Positions 15,327-25,183 of a DNA stretch of 64,000 bases are shown piece after piece. The stretch spans positions 32,001-96,000 of IMG/VR virus record IMGVR_UViG_3300028591_000128; one strand, 5' to 3'. The notes below the pieces were generated by a model, which was given only the letters and a program-made list of their open reading frames with translations, had not been told where the DNA came from and made no database searches. Made by a program: the position numbers and the translations under genes. Position 1 is the stretch's first letter. Each line of letters opens with the position of its first letter. This DNA is from a virus. Taxonomy: Duplodnaviria; Caudoviricetes.

Positions 15327-18300
15327 TTATGATTGTGATCCATTTCGGATTCTAAGACCTGTAATTGTTACATCTTCCATATTGGATACAGTAAGGAAGA
15401 ACTCCCAATTTGTATTGTTTTTAGGTAAGAAATCAGTATTGTTATGGTTCAACTCCGGTGTAGTTGCTAATAGTGTGTTGTCTTTATAGAATTTTAGCAC
15501 AAGTTTACCATTAGCACCTTCATCAGATTCAATCTTGAATGTAGAATTTGCAAAATAAGTTAAACCTTCTACACCTAAACTAACAAATCCTGCGTGTTCT
15601 ACCGTTGGGTTAAATGTATACCAATCTGCACTAAATCCCCATTGCCCGTAATCTTCATCGGCAGTTATGAACCCAATGTACTGACTAGCATCACCTATAA
15701 GATTTCCAATGATCCAAGAATCTGCCCAATCACGGTGATACATTGTGCAATCAGTTACATCAAATTCTACTACTGTACCGGGAACGAACAAGGTTGCAGG
15801 TACACATATGTTTTTGCCATCAGCATCCTGTATACGAATACCTGTACCTTGCACCCACTCACCTGTAGCAGGTGTTGTAGTGTTATCTGCAAATGTCAAG
15901 TTTGCAGACTGTTCAGTATCAACAAGACTAGATGTAAAATCCCAATTGTATGTCCAACTTGTTGATGTAGGTACAAATGTACCGAAAGTTGAAGTTCTCG
16001 GTGGTTTGTTTACAAGTATAGGTGTAGTTACATTCTGACCACCTATAGAATCAGTACGTGTTCCATTTGTTCCGAAGCAATATGCATCGTATTCTTCCCC
16101 TGCCTGATCATAATAATAAGGATAATTTGCTTGATCAATATGGACTACTTGCAAACCTGTTGTATCCCAAGTACCTCCACTCCAATTTGGAAATCTGTAA
16201 CCTTGCTCAAATGCATGGTATGTTTCATTACCAACATCATCTAAGTTAGATGCACACATTCTAGTAAAGTCAGAAGAATAATTAATAAATATCCAATGAT
16301 CTAATGATGAGAAGTCTAGTACACCTGGCATCGGACGATCATGACCTGAATAATTCTCTACATCATTAGGTTTGTAGAACATTTCAGAAAAATCTGTAAC
16401 ATCATGCACATCCCAAGAAGATAAATCTACATTTATGAGATAATGTAAATTACTAAACATATTGGACAATGATGCATCATCAATATACCAATTACGTGCA
16501 ATAATTGTTTGGAACTTCGGACTATCATTTATAATATCTGAACCAGTAAATCCGAATATTTCAGATAAACTTGTATGGTCTCCAAAACGTATGGTCATGT
16601 TGTTCCATACAAGTTTATTTATATCTGAGTTTTGGAAGAAATCTGTGTAACATCCTTCGCCATGACTTAAACTCATTCCATGACTATCAGGTAGTATCAG
16701 CACAGAGTGATCACTTACTGATCCGAATGAAGCACTTTCAAACATACTTGATAGGTCAGTAGATTCTCCAATGTTCCAAGAACTCATGTCAAATATGTAT
16801 CCATCATATTCTTGCGAATATGTACTAGGAAGAATTGCGTTTTTGAACATTGAATCACATGTGAAGTAACCGTTATCATTAATCCATCCATCAAAATCAG
16901 TGCTAGAGTAATTATGTAGATCACAACCTTCGAACATTCCAGAAACAGATTCTATAGAATTTATGCTCCAGTTACTAAAAATTCCTGATGGGACTTTACG
17001 ATGTTCACCAGTATATCCATAACTGAACATGAATTCAAAATTGGTTACTCTACTTACATCCCAGTTTTCTAATCCATGAACCTGTAATAATAAATCAGCC
17101 AGTGATTGCGAGCTAGTTGCAAACATGTACGACATATCTGTAACACTACTTGTATTCCAGGATGAAGTGTGTAAATCATTATAGAACTCTTTAGTGGATT
17201 CAAACATATGGGACATATTCGTAACATGACTTACATCCCAAGATGATACATCCCCATATACAACTGCACCACGGAACATGTTCTCCATAGTGGTGACACT
17301 GGAGGTATCAAGATAAGATATATCTACATAAGTATCACAATCTTCAAACATACTCTCCATAGTTGTTACATTAGATGTATCCCAATGTAGCTCCGCTTGT
17401 GACCCCTTGTATTCTTTGAATGTACTATTCATGTACATAACATTTGAAGTATCTAGATGTTCAGGAATAGGTATATCCGAACCCTCAAATGCATAGTTCA
17501 AATTTACAAGTGAATCTAGTTTCAAGTTGGATAAATCATCACCATAGAAATATCCTGTGTAATCATATTGGAATATTCCACTCATGGTAGTTACATTTGC
17601 TGTATCCCATTCCCTGATACCGTATATGCAATGTATGTGGTCCATACTCGCAAAGGTATTGGATAGATTTGTTATGTTCTGAGTACTCTCCATATCAATA
17701 CCCAGGTATTTACATGGGTTATCAGCAAACAGATTCTCTAATGATGTGAGATTATACGCATCCCAATTTCGGAATGAAATAGTTTCTGTACCATTTATTG
17801 CTGCAAGTATGTCCTTGAAATTCTGCAAGTTAGTAAATTGCAACGGTGTATCACAATAATAAAGCCCATCGTCATAGTACACGTAAGTAGTAGGGTCAGT
17901 TGTATCTAATGATTGAGCATGCATTCTGAATTCTTCAGCAGTTTCACCAATGGACTGGGGCTCTTCGTAGTAGTAAGACTCACTATTTTCAGGTAAGTGA
18001 TACTCCAGTACAGCTGTATCATAACCTGTTTCAAGTGGTAAGAACCTATAAGCACTACTAGACGCAGATCTTAATTGATTGATACCACTGGAACTTAATG
18101 TGACGAATCCAGAAGGTGTAGCAGGTGTAAATGTTCCAAATCCAGAACCAGCTTTCGGTTCAGCAATACCTTTACCATATGGATTAAATGCGTAATATGG
18201 GTAATCAAACTCCCCAGATTCATACTGAGATAATCCAGTCCTATCCCAAGTACCATTCCAATTTGGGAATCTATAGGTGTTCTCACAAGGTTTTTCGTTG

Positions 18301-21300
18301 AACCAACAGCAAGGTACAGGATAGCCATTACCATAATAGTCCACATCATCCTCAGTAGCATCCGGATCTGAACAATGTAGCACGGATCCGCACATCTCAT
18401 AGAAGTCTACACCACTAGAAATATCCCAATCATCCAATGATGAGTAATCAATGATACCAGGAGATGGACTAGCCTCATCAGGTTCTAGAGCTTCTAATCT
18501 ACTAAACATTTGCCGGAAGTTAGTTATGTGTGATACATCCCATCCAGATAAATCTATTGCACATAACTTACGCCAACGTGTGAAGAAATTAGATAAATCT
18601 GTTATAGATGGATCAAATGTCCAGTTTTTAGCTTCAAAGTAGTATATATGATTATCTGCAAAGAATGCTTTTATCTTATTCAATGTAGATACACTGTCAA
18701 CATGTATGTTATTCAGCACCACTTTAGGTACGCTACATAGATCCATTGCATGTGAATAATATGTTAAATTGCTGAAATTAAATGTTGGCAATTTAATATA
18801 GAAGTTATCAGGATGTTCTACATTTAATGGAACTGCATAATATCCAGTGTCTCCTACATAAACATCCTCTGAATATGCTGGATGTATATCATCATCTTCA
18901 TAGCGTGAATAATGGTAGTAAATAGGTTTAGATGTAAATCCGTGAAACATGTGTTCTACATCTGTCACATTCCGTACATCCCATTCAGAAAGATCTAATG
19001 GTAAACAAATACCTCTAGCATCTGCAAACATGCTATTCATATCTTGTGCAGATGAACTTACTTTCATAGAGGAGAAATATCCAGTCTCATATTCAGATGT
19101 TGGACTGACCCATGCAGATAATGAATATGCACCTCCAGACCCATATGCTGATATACTATGTGTATCTGTATGAGTATCATAATCATCTCGTACATATACA
19201 CTCTGTTTACCTAGAACACCCTCAAGCATGTGGCTGAAGTTTACACCACCAGAACAATCAAGGTTCATCAATGCAGCACTAGCTGATGGTAACTGATAAA
19301 ACGCATAAGAAAAATTGGTTACACTACTTACATCCCAGTTTATCGCATAACCTGTATATGCGTGTGGAACATAACCATTTGTCAACGCAAACGTGTAAAA
19401 ACCATATGCAGATTCATAATCCAATTGAGATAATTTGTCAGTTTGATAGAACATGCCCTCCATATTTTCAAGATTGGGCGTACAATCATAGTCATCTGCA
19501 TAGAAGTTTATGAAAATGGAAGAACCATCATATCCAGTTATACTACTAAACATGTAGGATGTATCTGTAAGATATGGAAATCCACCATTGGAATTAGCAT
19601 AAAGTGTTCCAGGACTCGATCCAGCATTTATATCTGCACCATCAAACATATGTGACATACTAACTGCGTATTTAGCAAAATCATATTCGTAATCATATAG
19701 CTGTACATAAGCTATAGTAGAATGATAGAACATGTAAGATGCATCTACTTCACGATTGAATGTAAACCATCCGGAATTGATACTATCTGCATCAATGTTT
19801 GCAAGCATATATGTTGCATCTATAGGATATGCTGATTCATGAGTAGAAGATCCAAAAATGAACTTCGCACCATTCACCAAATAATATCCCGAATGAGTAT
19901 ATATACCAGGGTTAGCACCATCAAACATATGACTTACATTTTCAACATTTGGTAATTCCACTGGATCAGATCCATATATATTAGAGAATTCACCATTAAA
20001 TTCGGAAAACATATATGATGCGTCTGTTACGTTTGCCAGTACATCCATGAATGCGGAATGACCCTCTGGGATTTCGTATACGCTTCCATTGAAGATTCCA
20101 TCAAAAGAATCTACACTACCTTGGAACATCCCTTTGGTAGATGTTACATTTACTGCGGAATCTATTCCAAATAACTGCCATGTAGTATGTACATGATATG
20201 CAGGATCAGCATTACGTCTAGTAAGTTCAGTAGATTCTCTAGATGCAAATAAGTAATCCATATTAGTTACTCTAGAATAATCCCAATCCAATAAATCTAC
20301 AAACAATTCATTTGGATTATCTTGCGGAGATAAACAAGTGTAAAATGCATTCATGACCGTATGGATATTTTCATCATCTAAGAATCCGATTGGAGTTGCC
20401 TCACAAGTGTAGAATATCTGATCTGATAATGTTGTAGTTCCTGAGTGCTCCCAATCCCCACTTACTGCGTATATAGGATATTCGTCCATTGATGTAGGAA
20501 TTGTAGATGTTGGATATTGCTTAATTTCTGAAGCATCAATGTAATCAGTAGTATTGGTGAAGTCTCCACCTATGTAGTACCCAGAGTAATATCCAGTTTC
20601 CGGATTGTATAATTGAACGATGCGTCTGAGCTTAGGAGTATAGTATCCTGAAGATGGTAATAATTCTGCGAAGTCATCAGCATATTCATTTGGAAGATAT
20701 GTGTAATCAACTCCATTAAAATGCCATTTAGTCATATCCTGTGTAATCATTGTAAGATTATAGAACGGATCTGTAGTTCTTGTGCTATAGTTTACTTCAC
20801 CTTCAGCAGTCCACCAAAATATTGTTTCTGTGTCATCTTCATTTGTAACAAAATCAAGATACAGATTCTCTTCCGTACTAAATACAGTAGGGTCAACAAG
20901 ATAACCTCTTTTCTCATCTGCCTGTTCAAAATAAACAGAACGACTACGAGAAGGAAGTTTCTCCAAGAATATTTTATTTAAAGCTCCAGAACTTGTTGCT
21001 CCTGTTGTAAGATAGAAATCATGATATGCAGGAGGCTCTGGAACAGGTTCAATGGAACCTTTTAGGAATTCGTTGATGCTTCCTATCTGTATCTTCCATA
21101 CAACTTGTACAACTTGATTTGTTCCAACTTTTAGTATGTTCTCTTTGAGGATCTTCCTGTTTTCTGGAACAGTCATATCCCAGTTAGATTCATTTGGAGG
21201 ACCGATTCTATATCCTGCAAGAAGTCCATTTTCACTACCAAGTTGCCAAGTCTTTTTCGACCATAGACCTGCTTCTGTAATGAACACATAATCTTTACCT

Positions 21301-22283
21301 TCTTCACGAAATTGTTTTAATGCTCCAGTGCTAATCATAGCACTATAAACTACATCAATTACTTTAGGCTGTTCGGATGCGTATTCTGGAACAATGTCAC
21401 GATAAGAAATCTCAACTCTAGGAAATGTGGTAGAAATGAGTTCCATGTTTATAGTTCTACCATTCGATGGTTGAGCAGTATCAGGTAACTTAGTCCATTT
21501 GGAATCATTAAATGGTCCTGCAGGAACAGATGTATCTGAAGTACATTCGTATAAGAACCCTTTGTACATTACTTGGTCTGCATTATGACCAGAAGATGCA
21601 GCTCTATAAGAAGAAGTAACATCGTAGGATGTAAATGCGTATCCAAGTCCGGGATATTTTCTCCCATTATTATCATCTCTTGGATATCCATCAGCCCCAT
21701 AACCCGGAACACGTTTCATGTACTCAACAAATCGTGCTTCTTCGTTGTAGGATACAAACGCATTGTAAGCCTCATCATACGCAACTTTAGCATCATCTCT
21801 TGCTTGCTTCTTACCAGCAATTCGGTTTGAACATACTTGACAAGATTCACAAGCTGTAGTTGCAGGATAGTATGGGCATTCATCTTTAAGTGCTGCTTCA
21901 GCATCATCTAATGCATCCTTGGCTGCATTCATTTCTTCAAGAAGTCTTTGATACTCAGGATCTGTAGAGCTTGGAATTTCATCCCCAATTCCAGCAGGAA
22001 GTCCTTCTGCATCTTGTTCCTGATTTAGAAGACCCATTGTTCCAAGTGAAATATATCTCGGAACATAGTTAGAAAGCATGGAGTAACCTGGATTAAGTCC
22101 ATGCCGTTCATTTGGCATAAAATCACCAATAAGATGATGTGCAACACCATACAGAAGTGAGTTAGTAGCAGCGTTATGTCCACTTACTTCTTGAACTACA
22201 TCCCCTGTCAATCTATCAAGAACTTGAATAGATACATTCTGCTTTATATCTAATTTCTTTGCAATTTCTGAAATATTCTGCAT
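15327..22283 (-). CDS. Giant (2318 aa) putative tail fibre/adhesin with DUF285/BspA-like repeats
   Basis: Many WDVSxVTNMxxMF-type repeats. The N-terminal segment has ITEAGLW...QVVWKIQI, a tail-fibre attachment-like pattern. Confidence 0.7.
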   Translation of the reverse strand: MQNISEIAKKLDIKQNVSIQVLDRLTGDVVQEVSGHNAATNSLLYGVAHHLIGDFMPNERHGLNPGYSMLSNYVPRYISLGTMGLLNQEQDAEGLPAGIGDEIPSSTDPEYQRLLEEMNAAKDALDDAEAALKDECPYYPATTACESCQVCSNRIAGKKQARDDAKVAYDEAYNAFVSYNEEARFVEYMKRVPGYGADGYPRDDNNGRKYPGLGYAFTSYDVTSSYRAASSGHNADQVMYKGFLYECTSDTSVPAGPFNDSKWTKLPDTAQPSNGRTINMELISTTFPRVEISYRDIVPEYASEQPKVIDVVYSAMISTGALKQFREEGKDYVFITEAGLWSKKTWQLGSENGLLAGYRIGPPNESNWDMTVPENRKILKENILKVGTNQVVQVVWKIQIGSINEFLKGSIEPVPEPPAYHDFYLTTGATSSGALNKIFLEKLPSRSRSVYFEQADEKRGYLVDPTVFSTEENLYLDFVTNEDDTETIFWWTAEGEVNYSTRTTDPFYNLTMITQDMTKWHFNGVDYTYLPNEYADDFAELLPSSGYYTPKLRRIVQLYNPETGYYSGYYIGGDFTNTTDYIDASEIKQYPTSTIPTSMDEYPIYAVSGDWEHSGTTTLSDQIFYTCEATPIGFLDDENIHTVMNAFYTCLSPQDNPNELFVDLLDWDYSRVTNMDYLFASRESTELTRRNADPAYHVHTTWQLFGIDSAVNVTSTKGMFQGSVDSFDGIFNGSVYEIPEGHSAFMDVLANVTDASYMFSEFNGEFSNIYGSDPVELPNVENVSHMFDGANPGIYTHSGYYLVNGAKFIFGSSTHESAYPIDATYMLANIDADSINSGWFTFNREVDASYMFYHSTIAYVQLYDYEYDFAKYAVSMSHMFDGADINAGSSPGTLYANSNGGFPYLTDTSYMFSSITGYDGSSIFINFYADDYDCTPNLENMEGMFYQTDKLSQLDYESAYGFYTFALTNGYVPHAYTGYAINWDVSSVTNFSYAFYQLPSASAALMNLDCSGGVNFSHMLEGVLGKQSVYVRDDYDTHTDTHSISAYGSGGAYSLSAWVSPTSEYETGYFSSMKVSSSAQDMNSMFADARGICLPLDLSEWDVRNVTDVEHMFHGFTSKPIYYHYSRYEDDDIHPAYSEDVYVGDTGYYAVPLNVEHPDNFYIKLPTFNFSNLTYYSHAMDLCSVPKVVLNNIHVDSVSTLNKIKAFFADNHIYYFEAKNWTFDPSITDLSNFFTRWRKLCAIDLSGWDVSHITNFRQMFSRLEALEPDEASPSPGIIDYSSLDDWDISSGVDFYEMCGSVLHCSDPDATEDDVDYYGNGYPVPCCWFNEKPCENTYRFPNWNGTWDRTGLSQYESGEFDYPYYAFNPYGKGIAEPKAGSGFGTFTPATPSGFVTLSSSGINQLRSASSSAYRFLPLETGYDTAVLEYHLPENSESYYYEEPQSIGETAEEFRMHAQSLDTTDPTTYVYYDDGLYYCDTPLQFTNLQNFKDILAAINGTETISFRNWDAYNLTSLENLFADNPCKYLGIDMESTQNITNLSNTFASMDHIHCIYGIREWDTANVTTMSGIFQYDYTGYFYGDDLSNLKLDSLVNLNYAFEGSDIPIPEHLDTSNVMYMNSTFKEYKGSQAELHWDTSNVTTMESMFEDCDTYVDISYLDTSSVTTMENMFRGAVVYGDVSSWDVSHVTNMSHMFESTKEFYNDLHTSSWNTSSVTDMSYMFATSSQSLADLLLQVHGLENWDVSRVTNFEFMFSYGYTGEHRKVPSGIFSNWSINSIESVSGMFEGCDLHNYSSTDFDGWINDNGYFTCDSMFKNAILPSTYSQEYDGYIFDMSSWNIGESTDLSSMFESASFGSVSDHSVLILPDSHGMSLSHGEGCYTDFFQNSDINKLVWNNMTIRFGDHTSLSEIFGFTGSDIINDSPKFQTIIARNWYIDDASLSNMFSNLHYLINVDLSSWDVHDVTDFSEMFYKPNDVENYSGHDRPMPGVLDFSSLDHWIFINYSSDFTRMCASNLDDVGNETYHAFEQGYRFPNWSGGTWDTTGLQVVHIDQANYPYYYDQAGEEYDAYCFGTNGTRTDSIGGQNVTTPILVNKPPRTSTFGTFVPTSTSWTYNWDFTSSLVDTEQSANLTFADNTTTPATGEWVQGTGIRIQDADGKNICVPATLFVPGTVVEFDVTDCTMYHRDWADSWIIGNLIGDASQYIGFITADEDYGQWGFSADWYTFNPTVEHAGFVSLGVEGLTYFANSTFKIESDEGANGKLVLKFYKDNTLLATTPELNHNNTDFLPKNNTNWEFFLTVSNMEDVTITGLRIRNGSQS

Positions 22284-22294
22284 GTCTACCCCCT

Positions 22295-22666
22295 CTACGG
22301 AATCTCGGAAGTTGTAGATTCTTCATCATGTACTGTAATCGTTGTAGTTCTATAAGAATTAGTTCCTTTGATTTCTAATCTATATTCTCTTGGTGCAAGT
22401 TCTTGATTCAGTGGATTATCCTCGTGCTTGGGTTCATGTGGATCAATCCGTCTATGAAGATTTGGATTTGTAAATCCGGTTACTTGATCTTTATCATATG
22501 CAATTTGATCTTCAATTGTACCATCCTCGGTCTGAACCCAACCGGAACCTGCACCTGCAATAGGATAAGGAACCTCATTTCCATCTGCATCTGTGTATGT
22601 TAAGTTTTGAAGGTCGGATTCTGTATAAGTTTTATCTAAATTTGGCCAAATTGTAGGGTCGGGCAT
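22295..22666 (-). CDS. Hypothetical virion-module protein
   Basis: GGAGG RBS and late-type motif upstream. Confidence 0.65.
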   Translation of the reverse strand: MPDPTIWPNLDKTYTESDLQNLTYTDADGNEVPYPIAGAGSGWVQTEDGTIEDQIAYDKDQVTGFTNPNLHRRIDPHEPKHEDNPLNQELAPREYRLEIKGTNSYRTTTITVHDEESTTSEIP

Positions 22667-22729
22667 ATACTACCACCTCCATTACTTCTTATAAGATTAT
22701 ACAAGGTTGGGTTTCTATGAACACATAGA

Positions 22730-22760
22730 AAGGGTGGTGAGCAAGTCTGCGCACCACCCT
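22730..22760 (-). terminator. Intrinsic terminator after the lysin gene
   Basis: agggtggtg...caccaccct hairpin followed by TTTCT on the minus strand. Confidence 0.6.
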
Positions 22761-22769
22761 AGGAACAAC

Positions 22770-23897
22770 TTATTTAACTATAACATAACCATCCTTGTCA
22801 AACTCATAATCAACTTTATTGATTCGAACTGTTCGACTTGATGGATACCATCCTTCGGCAGTAGTAAACCACTTACCTTTAGAATCTGATTTCCAATACC
22901 CCTTCTGCTTGTAAGTTTGCTTACCGTTCGCATCTAAGAACAACCCATCAATCCACTCGATATTTGCCATGTGTCCATCAGGATATAGATAGTACTTGCA
23001 ACCATTTATGGTTTGCCATCCGGTAAGCATAGCACCATCAGCACCAAGGTAGTACCAACCGCCTTTGTAAAGTTCCCACTTGTTCTTCACCATGTTGCCA
23101 TTTTCATCGTAGTAATACCACTTGCCGTTCTTCTTAACCCATCCGGTCTGAATCTCTACATCACTGATGTATCTTGTACCTTGATATAGACCACAAGACC
23201 ATCCAGACTTGTGCTGAAGCCATGTATTACCACTAGCATCATGACGAAGTTTTGTACAAGTAACCTTGTCACCCTTTTTCAAAGATCCTGTTGATGCATA
23301 CTTATTTCCCGGACCCTTTCGAATCTGTACACCATCATACTTAACTTCATAAGTATTGTCTACTTTGTATCCATCCATTTCCTTTGGTTCTGGTTCAGGT
23401 GTTACATTATAAACAGGATGTCCATAATCAAGGATATCACTATTAGAGCGATAATAGCTCTTCGCCTTTACACCAGATACACCGCTACTTACATAGCAGT
23501 TACCTTCATAAGTATAAATCATCTTATCAGTTACTTTGTAAACAAACCCAATATGTCTTGGATATGGAAGTGATCCGAAGTAAACTGCGCATCCTACAGT
23601 TGGATTGTTGTCTACCCTTCCAATACTTTTCAGATATTCTCTCGAATACCTTACACCTGCTCCTAAACTGTCCTTTGGACGATTTAGAACTGTTCTTGCT
23701 CGGTCTTCTCCCAAGGCATTTATGAAATTCCAATCGAAGAAAACTGTGCACCAATCATATCCGTACTTGTTTCCGTTGTACCAATCCGTATAATTCTTGT
23801 CGATATCAAGTGCATATTTAGACTTTCTATCTTTACAAGTATATCCAGTTGCTACTTGGTCTGCAAAGGATTTTATTACCTTCTCAAGTTCAGTCAT
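22770..23897 (-). CDS. Endolysin: CHAP + SH3b + cell-wall (choline-binding-type) repeats
   Basis: DWCTVF, HIGFV, YEGN (CHAP); IRKGPG (SH3); WYYYDENGNM / WYYLGADGAMLTGW repeats. Confidence 0.85.
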   Translation of the reverse strand: MTELEKVIKSFADQVATGYTCKDRKSKYALDIDKNYTDWYNGNKYGYDWCTVFFDWNFINALGEDRARTVLNRPKDSLGAGVRYSREYLKSIGRVDNNPTVGCAVYFGSLPYPRHIGFVYKVTDKMIYTYEGNCYVSSGVSGVKAKSYYRSNSDILDYGHPVYNVTPEPEPKEMDGYKVDNTYEVKYDGVQIRKGPGNKYASTGSLKKGDKVTCTKLRHDASGNTWLQHKSGWSCGLYQGTRYISDVEIQTGWVKKNGKWYYYDENGNMVKNKWELYKGGWYYLGADGAMLTGWQTINGCKYYLYPDGHMANIEWIDGLFLDANGKQTYKQKGYWKSDSKGKWFTTAEGWYPSSRTVRINKVDYEFDKDGYVIVK

Positions 23898-23986
23898 GTT
23901 GGCATCACCCCTTTCATATAATATATTTGTAGAATAATTCTACATAACTATATAAAAGGTAGATGCCTTGCAATTTTAAATTATGA

Positions 23987-24991
23987 TTAAGCTATCTTAT
24001 TCTCTGCGAAAAATTTTCCTAAATTTGCATCTCTGGTTACATCAGAATATACTTGCAACATAGTTGCAGAATCCCAGTTCACCATATCCATAATGATATC
24101 AAGTGGAACATTCTGTTTAATGAGCATAGTTGTAAAATAATGTCTGATACTATGCCAATAGAAATCTTTTCCAAGTATTTTTGTAAAATCATCTGCCCAA
24201 TGATTTAATGACTCTATTGATAGTGGTTTATTGTGAAACTTATAAGATACAAATAGACAATCTCCACGAATCTTGTGTTTCTTATAATCTTCCATAAGAA
24301 GATCAAAGTAAGGCTTGAATTTATCTTTCAACACATATAGATGAATCTGTTTTCCTTGTACTCCTCTACCTTTCGTTTTGATAGGATTAGTAGACTTCCA
24401 CAACGAATCATAAATCACATTTTCATCTTTGAAGTCAGAAATCTTGAATCTAAATAATTCTGATTTTCTTCTACCAGAATACATAGCCAATGCTAACGCC
24501 GCTGCCTGCCGAATCCTATCATGTGCTACAAGATAATCCAGTAGTCCGTTTAATTCATCTTCTGTAAATACAGTTTTCGGTAGAACTTTTTTAACCGGAG
24601 GTGAATCTATCTGCTTTACAATATTCTTATACCCAGGATACTCATCATCCAAAATCTTTTCAATATAAGTAGACATAGTAGAAAGTGCAGACTTTACACA
24701 ATGCATCCTACTGGATGACCAATTCAATGTGTAGAGTGCGTAATCTTGAAACCGAATAAAATCACGTTTTGTAACCTTCGTAAATTCCTTATTACAATTA
24801 TGTATCAAGTTATACACAAAGAATGCTTCGATATTTTTCTGATACTCATAGATAGTAGTCGGTGCTCTGTCAATAGACTTCATGTAAGATAAGAAATCAC
24901 GAAGTAGAAATTTGTTCTCCGGTTTCACTAATTTCAAAGAGTTCTCATCAGTTAATGGATTTTTCTGTACTTTTCTCGCCATAAGTATCAC
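23987..24991 (-). CDS. Tyrosine recombinase (XerC/D-like)
   Basis: SGRRKSEL (R), KTKG (K), HSIRH (HxxR), VNW and QVY (catalytic Tyr). Confidence 0.85.
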   Translation of the reverse strand: MILMARKVQKNPLTDENSLKLVKPENKFLLRDFLSYMKSIDRAPTTIYEYQKNIEAFFVYNLIHNCNKEFTKVTKRDFIRFQDYALYTLNWSSSRMHCVKSALSTMSTYIEKILDDEYPGYKNIVKQIDSPPVKKVLPKTVFTEDELNGLLDYLVAHDRIRQAAALALAMYSGRRKSELFRFKISDFKDENVIYDSLWKSTNPIKTKGRGVQGKQIHLYVLKDKFKPYFDLLMEDYKKHKIRGDCLFVSYKFHNKPLSIESLNHWADDFTKILGKDFYWHSIRHYFTTMLIKQNVPLDIIMDMVNWDSATMLQVYSDVTRDANLGKFFAENKIA

Positions 24992-25073
24992 ACTCCTTTT
25001 GGATTATTGACAATATAATGTGGTTATATATTATAACGATTTACCCCATCAAATTTCTAATGAAATTATAAAA

Positions 25074-25103
25074 AGAACTCCCCAAGTTCATTGAGGAGTT
25101 CTT
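25074..25103 (-). terminator. Intrinsic terminator
   Basis: aagaactcc...ggagttctt hairpin with a T-run on the minus strand. Confidence 0.6.
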
Positions 25104-25183
25104 AGAAGTGACATAAAATAACGGTTTTATGGGGTTATTATCGGATCGTTTTCGGAATTTTCGACCGTTGACGATCCATGATG

